From contig CAWJET010000001.1 of NCBI GenBank assembly GCA_963842085.1, positions 2,720,001 to 2,784,000 on the forward strand: 64,000 nucleotides of DNA. Direction: 5' to 3'. Positions within the stretch are counted from its first letter, which is position 1. Every line of letters starts with the position of its first letter. The notes under the pieces are model-generated. The model was not told where the DNA came from and searched no databases. It saw only the letters and a program-made list of their open reading frames with translations. A program made the position numbers and the translations under genes. Source of the stretch: an uncultured delta proteobacterium (GTDB lineage Bacteria; Desulfobacterota; Binatia; Binatales; Binataceae). Below are positions 60,562 to 64,000 of this stretch, piece after piece.

Positions 60562-60783
60562 ATGGCTAGTGAAACAAAGTATAGCTTGCCGCGCGTGATG
60601 ACGGTCAAGGAATTGTCCGAATACCTGCGCGTGCATCCATCGACAATCTACAAGCTGCTCCGTCGTGGAGAGCTGCCGGGCTTCAGGATCGGCACCGACT
60701 GGCGTTTCAACGCCGAGGTGATCGACCGTTGGTGTCTGGAGCGAAACATGAAAGCTCCCGACGGCTCGTCCAGCCAGAACTGA
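60562..60783 (+). CDS. Small excisionase/BldC-like HTH_17 DNA-binding protein
   Basis: MTVKELSEYLRVHPSTIYKL..GELPGFRIGTDWRF; SD GGGAG. Confidence 0.88.
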   Translation: MASETKYSLPRVMTVKELSEYLRVHPSTIYKLLRRGELPGFRIGTDWRFNAEVIDRWCLERNMKAPDGSSSQN

Positions 60784-60952
60784 CACACGCGAACATAAAG
60801 TCGCCTGCGCTTCGGAGGCGGCCCGGCACGAATGCGGAGCAGTCTCCGCTGCCTGACACACGCGCTTCAATCGACGCGCGCAACAATCGGCTCGCGCTTC
60901 ATCTCGCCCTTGACCTGGGCACCCGCGGTGCCTCACCATACCGATCGTTCAG

Positions 60953-61600
60953 ATGATATCACCAGTTCGCAAGAACGCGACGCCGGCACCGCAGCAGACG
61001 CGCCGGCGCGGCTCGCTCGACCAGGTGTTGATCGACGCGGCGATGGATCTGTTCGCATCGTACGGATACCGCGGCACCTCGCTGGCGCGAATTGCGCGCG
61101 CGGCGGGCGTCACCAAGGGTGCGCTGTATTGGCATTTCACCGACAAGGAAGAATTTTTCATCGCGGTCGTGGCCAAGGTGCTCGGCGAATGGGAGCTGAT
61201 ATTCGAGAAATCGGCGCATGCCTCCAACGCGGTCGAGTTCCGCGCGGAGTTCGGTCGGATGTTCGACACGATGGCTGCGCTCAACGAGAAAAATCCTTGG
61301 GTCAGCCGGCTGCTGCTGATCATCGCGCTCGAGTCGCACAAGATCGGGCCGCGGGTGCTGCGCTCGATGCGCAAGGCGAACCTGCATGGAATCGCGAGCT
61401 TTCGCGAGCTGGTCGAGCACGGGCAGCGGTTGGGGATTTTTGACGCGGAGCTCGATCCGGGCTGGGCGGCGACCCAGATTTTCTCGAGCTACCTGGGACT
61501 CGCGATGCTCTGGTATCTGCACGGGCCGCGCTTCGATTTGCGCCGCTCGCTGCGCCGCCAGGCGCGCGAGTTCATGCGCCAATGGAGCATCGCCAAATGA
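60953..61600 (+). CDS. TetR/AcrR family regulator
   Basis: GY.GTSLARIARAAGVTKGALYWHF.DKE. Confidence 0.92.
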   Translation: MISPVRKNATPAPQQTRRRGSLDQVLIDAAMDLFASYGYRGTSLARIARAAGVTKGALYWHFTDKEEFFIAVVAKVLGEWELIFEKSAHASNAVEFRAEFGRMFDTMAALNEKNPWVSRLLLIIALESHKIGPRVLRSMRKANLHGIASFRELVEHGQRLGIFDAELDPGWAATQIFSSYLGLAMLWYLHGPRFDLRRSLRRQAREFMRQWSIAK

Positions 61601-62745
61601 AGGCGGGACTCATCTACGAAATCGAGTCGGTCAAGCCGCATGCCGCCGATCACGAATATCGCGTGTTCTGGGACACGATGGAGCAGATCGAGCTAGCCGA
61701 TCGGCTCGGCTTCGACTCGGTGTGGACCGTCGAGCATCATTTCCTGAACGAATTTTCGTACTGCTCGGCGCCGGAGGTTTTTCTCGCCTGCGTTACGCAG
61801 CGCACCAGGCAGATTCGCGTCGGCCACGGCGTCGTGGTGCTGCCGTTCAACCATCCAATCCACGTCGCGGAACGGATCGCTGTGCTCGACATCATGTCGA
61901 ACGGACGCGTCGAATTCGGCACCGGGCGCGCGACCACGATGGACGAGCTGCTCGGCTTCGGTGTGCGTCCCGAAGAGACGCGGCCGCGATGGGCCGAGGC
62001 GGTCGAGGCGATCCCGCGGATGTGGCGCGAGGATCCGTTCACGATGCGCGGCAAGTACTGGACCGTCGATCCGCCGGTCTCCGTGATTCCCAAGCCCATT
62101 CAGCAACCGCATCCTCCCATGTGGGTGGCCGCGACTAATCCGACCACGTTCGGGCTGGCCGCGGAGCGCGGTCTTGGCGTGCTTTGCTTCACGCTCGGCG
62201 TCGAGCTGGCGCAGGTGGCGGAGCGAATCAATATCTATCGCGAGGGAATCAAAAGCGCTCGGCCGGTCGGGCAGACGGTAAACAACCAGGTCTCGATGAA
62301 CATCATGGGGCTGGTCGGCGACGACCCCTACGAGGCCGAGCATATCGCGCGCGAAGCCGTGTTGTGGTACGTGCGCAGGGGCTTCGAGCTGGTTTCCAGT
62401 ATCGCGGCGGCGAGCCAGAGCGACGATTCGTACAAATATCTGAAGACCGCGTCCAAGTTCGATCCCGCCAAGTTCACGCTCGACTACTACGACTTTTTGA
62501 AGGACGGCGACCTGATCGCGGTCGGCGCGCCGGACGAGGCCGTGCGCGTCGCGCGCCGCTATCGCGAGCTCGGCGCAGACCAGGTGTTATTTTTTCTGCA
62601 GTACGGCGGCATTGCGCACGATCGCATCATGAAGTCGATCGAGCTTATTGGCCGTCATGCACTTGGCGAAATTCATTCGTGGAAAACGCCGGGCGGAATA
62701 ACTGCCGCACAACCCGCCGCGCGCCCGGACGCGACGCATGCCTGA
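61597..62745 (+). CDS. LLM-class flavin-dependent oxidoreductase
   Basis: W.VEHHF, AVLDIMSNGRVEFG.GR, PKPIQ.PHPP. Confidence 0.92.
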   Translation: MKAGLIYEIESVKPHAADHEYRVFWDTMEQIELADRLGFDSVWTVEHHFLNEFSYCSAPEVFLACVTQRTRQIRVGHGVVVLPFNHPIHVAERIAVLDIMSNGRVEFGTGRATTMDELLGFGVRPEETRPRWAEAVEAIPRMWREDPFTMRGKYWTVDPPVSVIPKPIQQPHPPMWVAATNPTTFGLAAERGLGVLCFTLGVELAQVAERINIYREGIKSARPVGQTVNNQVSMNIMGLVGDDPYEAEHIAREAVLWYVRRGFELVSSIAAASQSDDSYKYLKTASKFDPAKFTLDYYDFLKDGDLIAVGAPDEAVRVARRYRELGADQVLFFLQYGGIAHDRIMKSIELIGRHALGEIHSWKTPGGITAAQPAARPDATHA

Positions 62746-62768
62746 CAAACCGACGGAGGACTGAGTTG

Positions 62769-63905
62769 ATGGAATTTGCGCTGCAATACGAGATCCAGCG
62801 GAGCCGGCCGCATTACCCCGGCTTCATGTACGACATCTACCATCAGGCGACCGAGCAGGTGAAACTTGCGGACCGGCTCGGCTACCACTCGGTCTGGACG
62901 GTCGAGCATCACTTCTTGAGCGAATGGTCGTACTCGTCTGCGCCCGAGGTCTGGTACGGCGCGCTCAGCCAGGTGACGAGCCGGATTCGGCTCGGCCACG
63001 GCATCGTGTTGCTGCCGATTCCGTTCAACCATCCCGCGCGCGTGGCCGAGCGAATCGCGGTGCTCGACATCATGTCGAACGGGCGCGTGGAATTCGGCTC
63101 GGGCCGCTCGATCACCGAGCAGGAACTGGGCGGCTTCCAGGTCAACCCGGAGGACTCGCGTGCGATGTGGGAAGAGGCGGTCGCCGCGATTCCGAAGATG
63201 TGGATGAATGAGACGTTCAGCCACGACGGCAGGTTTTTCAAGATGCCGGAGCGCGAGGTGATTCCGAAACCGATCCAGAAACCGCATCCGCCGATGTGGG
63301 TGGCGGCGACGCAGCCTGCGACGTGGGAAATCGCGGGTCAGAAAGGAATCGGCGCGCTCGGCTTCGGAATCTCCGAGCCGGGAATGCTCGACAAGCTGAT
63401 CGCGATTTACAAGAAAGCGATCAGCACCTGCGAGCCGGTCGGAGCATTCGTGAACGATCGCACGGCCGCGGCGACGATATGCGTATGCGCGCCCGCGCGC
63501 GAGGAAGCCAAGCTGATCGCGAAGGACGCGATCGATTTTACCACGCGCAAAGCCGCCGAGCTGTTCACGCCCTTCGCCAAGCAGGAAGTGAAGGGCTACG
63601 AGTACTACAAGAAGATGGCGGAGCAGGCGGTCGCAATCGGCGACTACCGCCTCTCGATGGCGGACCTGGACAAACGAATCGAAGCAGGTGCCGTGATGGT
63701 CGGCGATCCCGAGGACTGCCTGAAGGTCGCGAAAATTTACGAGTCGGCGGGAGTCGATTTGATCCTGATGCTGGTGCAGGTCGGCGCGGTCCCGCACGAG
63801 AAGGTGATGCAGACGATCGACCTGATCGGCAAGCACGTGATGCCGAAGTTGAGCGCGAGCTCGAAGGCGTTCCAGGCGGAATCCGCAGCAGCCGGCGCCC
63901 GCTGA
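62769..63905 (+). CDS. LLM-class flavin-dependent oxidoreductase
   Basis: Same motifs as the upstream paralog; SD GGAGG. Confidence 0.92.
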   Translation: MEFALQYEIQRSRPHYPGFMYDIYHQATEQVKLADRLGYHSVWTVEHHFLSEWSYSSAPEVWYGALSQVTSRIRLGHGIVLLPIPFNHPARVAERIAVLDIMSNGRVEFGSGRSITEQELGGFQVNPEDSRAMWEEAVAAIPKMWMNETFSHDGRFFKMPEREVIPKPIQKPHPPMWVAATQPATWEIAGQKGIGALGFGISEPGMLDKLIAIYKKAISTCEPVGAFVNDRTAAATICVCAPAREEAKLIAKDAIDFTTRKAAELFTPFAKQEVKGYEYYKKMAEQAVAIGDYRLSMADLDKRIEAGAVMVGDPEDCLKVAKIYESAGVDLILMLVQVGAVPHEKVMQTIDLIGKHVMPKLSASSKAFQAESAAAGAR

Positions 63906-64000
63906 TCCAGATCTCTGAAGCTGGGCCTACAGAGCGGCGCGGTCCGAGCATTTACCTCGCTCGCTCCTCCCTCATTCTGAGCGGTCGGAATACTTACCTT

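Noticed and set aside
60780-60864. 12-nt direct repeat CTGACACACGCG flanking two small hairpins
   Set aside because: Only two short copies with no array; at most a terminator region.
61597-63905. Nucleotide repeats between the two LLM genes (e.g. GTGCTCGACATCATGTCGAACGG)
   Set aside because: Conserved coding motifs of paralogues, not insertion scars.

Overview
GC-rich bacterial chromosomal window with about 65 genes. The expanded LLM/F420-type oxidoreductases, SDRs, a cyclase-AAA-TPR protein and the Deltaproteobacteria-like secA, argJ, murI and engB suggest a Candidatus Binatota-like organism (inference only). Core genes (dacA-like, ATP-dependent ligase, MoxR/DUF58/vWA cluster, mltG, ruvX, argJ, secA, murI, engB) are interspersed with small accessory blocks: a BrnT/BrnA pair, a decayed TumE-type toxin with its antitoxin, an anti-phage-type dCTP deaminase, a TetR/VOC block, WS/DGAT and an S1/P1 nuclease. 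I found no rRNA, tRNA, CRISPR array, integrase or transposase. The main finding is a repeated layout at three independent loci (murI, ruvX, an SDR), with two weaker candidates: intact gene, then a 0.6-2.7 kb cargo block, then an orphaned copy of that gene's 3' end, always in the same polarity. At murI the two tails differ only at synonymous positions. This looks like insertion into gene ends that restores the target gene, with no recombinase in the window. All alignments were done by eye.
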